Position numbers and translations under genes: made by a program. A stretch of 64,000 nucleotides of DNA, from assembly GCF_036971445.1 (NCBI RefSeq), contig NC_091475.1, positions 33,790,001 through 33,854,000 of the forward strand, written 5' to 3'. The stretch is from Narcine bancroftii. Its lineage: Eukaryota. The notes beneath the pieces were generated by a model that saw only the letters and a program-made list of their open reading frames with translations, was not told the DNA's origin and made no database searches. Of this stretch, positions 63,228 to 64,000 are shown piece after piece (within the stretch, counting starts at the first letter, position 1; each line of letters opens with the position of its first letter).

Positions 63228-64000
63228 GTAAGTGCTTTGTTTGAATCTCTATTACACAGGGATTGTACCTCATTGGGTATACAAAGACTTTTATGATACT
63301 GTCTAAACATTGGGATAATTAACACATGTTTTTTTAAAAAATTAGTTATGCTACTGAAAGAATATCCAAAAGAAAATAATGCATTGGATACAGAAGAGGC
63401 TTACCAGGATGTTACTGGGTTTTCTGGGTATGAGTTATAGGGAAAAGTTGGACAAACTTGAGTTGTTTTCTCTGGAGTGTCATAGTTTGAGGGAATACCT
63501 GATAAAAGTGTTTAAAAATACATTGATAGGGTGGACAGTCACAATCTTTTATCTGGGGGAAAAGTGTCACACCCTGAGGGACATGCATTTGAGGGGGGAG
63601 GAATTTTAAGTGACCTGTGTAGGCAAATATTTTACTCAGAGAGTGGTGGATGTCTGGAATGAGTGCCATGGTAGTGTTTGAAGCAGATACAACAGTAGCA
63701 TTTAAGAGCATCTCAGAGAGACCTGTGACTATGAAGGAGATGGAGGGATATCTATTAGGTGGAAGGAGAACATTTTAATTTTGATTTGGTCCTGTTCGGC
63801 GCAGACATGTGGACAAAGGGCCTGTTCTTGTGCTGTACTGTTTTATGATCTAATAATTAGTGCTTTTTGTAAGCGCGTTATGAAAAACTGCTTTGCAGCT
63901 TTGCCTGGCCAACATATTTGTTGTCGTCAGAAATAGCAACCACCTGCTGTGTATTGCCACGACCAGACCATCTGCTGTAGATGGAGAATTGCCTTCTGGG

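Overview
Eukaryotic, repeat-dense vertebrate DNA. The repeat complement (tRNA-headed V-type SINEs, CR1-, Rex1-, RTE- and Penelope-type retroelements) suggests a cartilaginous fish; this is inference. I assembled three spliced genes by eye. (1) The 5' end of a PHLDB/LL5 gene on the minus strand, probably PHLDB2 by synteny, whose first coding exons match the PHLDB1-type N-terminus leading into the FHA domain. (2) A complete 4-exon PLCXD2 on the minus strand (329 aa) with GSHNS in place of GSHDS. (3) The first six coding exons of a divergent APOO/MIC26-type MICOS gene on the plus strand, head-to-head with PLCXD2, with ATGs 740 bp apart. The most unusual structure is a ~450-bp local inverted duplication that brackets the shared promoter and first exons of both genes; its left arm was later hit by a solo LTR and a young RTE LINE. 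Also present: Penelope remnants with hammerhead-ribozyme-like motifs, solo LTRs with TSDs including a 45-bp rearranged mini-LTR, hAT and Tc1/pogo MITEs, an old L1, a Gypsy fragment, several minisatellites and a 143-N gap. Exon boundaries and TSDs were read directly. Repeat-fragment boundaries are approximate, and family and protein assignments come from recalled motifs, not database searches.
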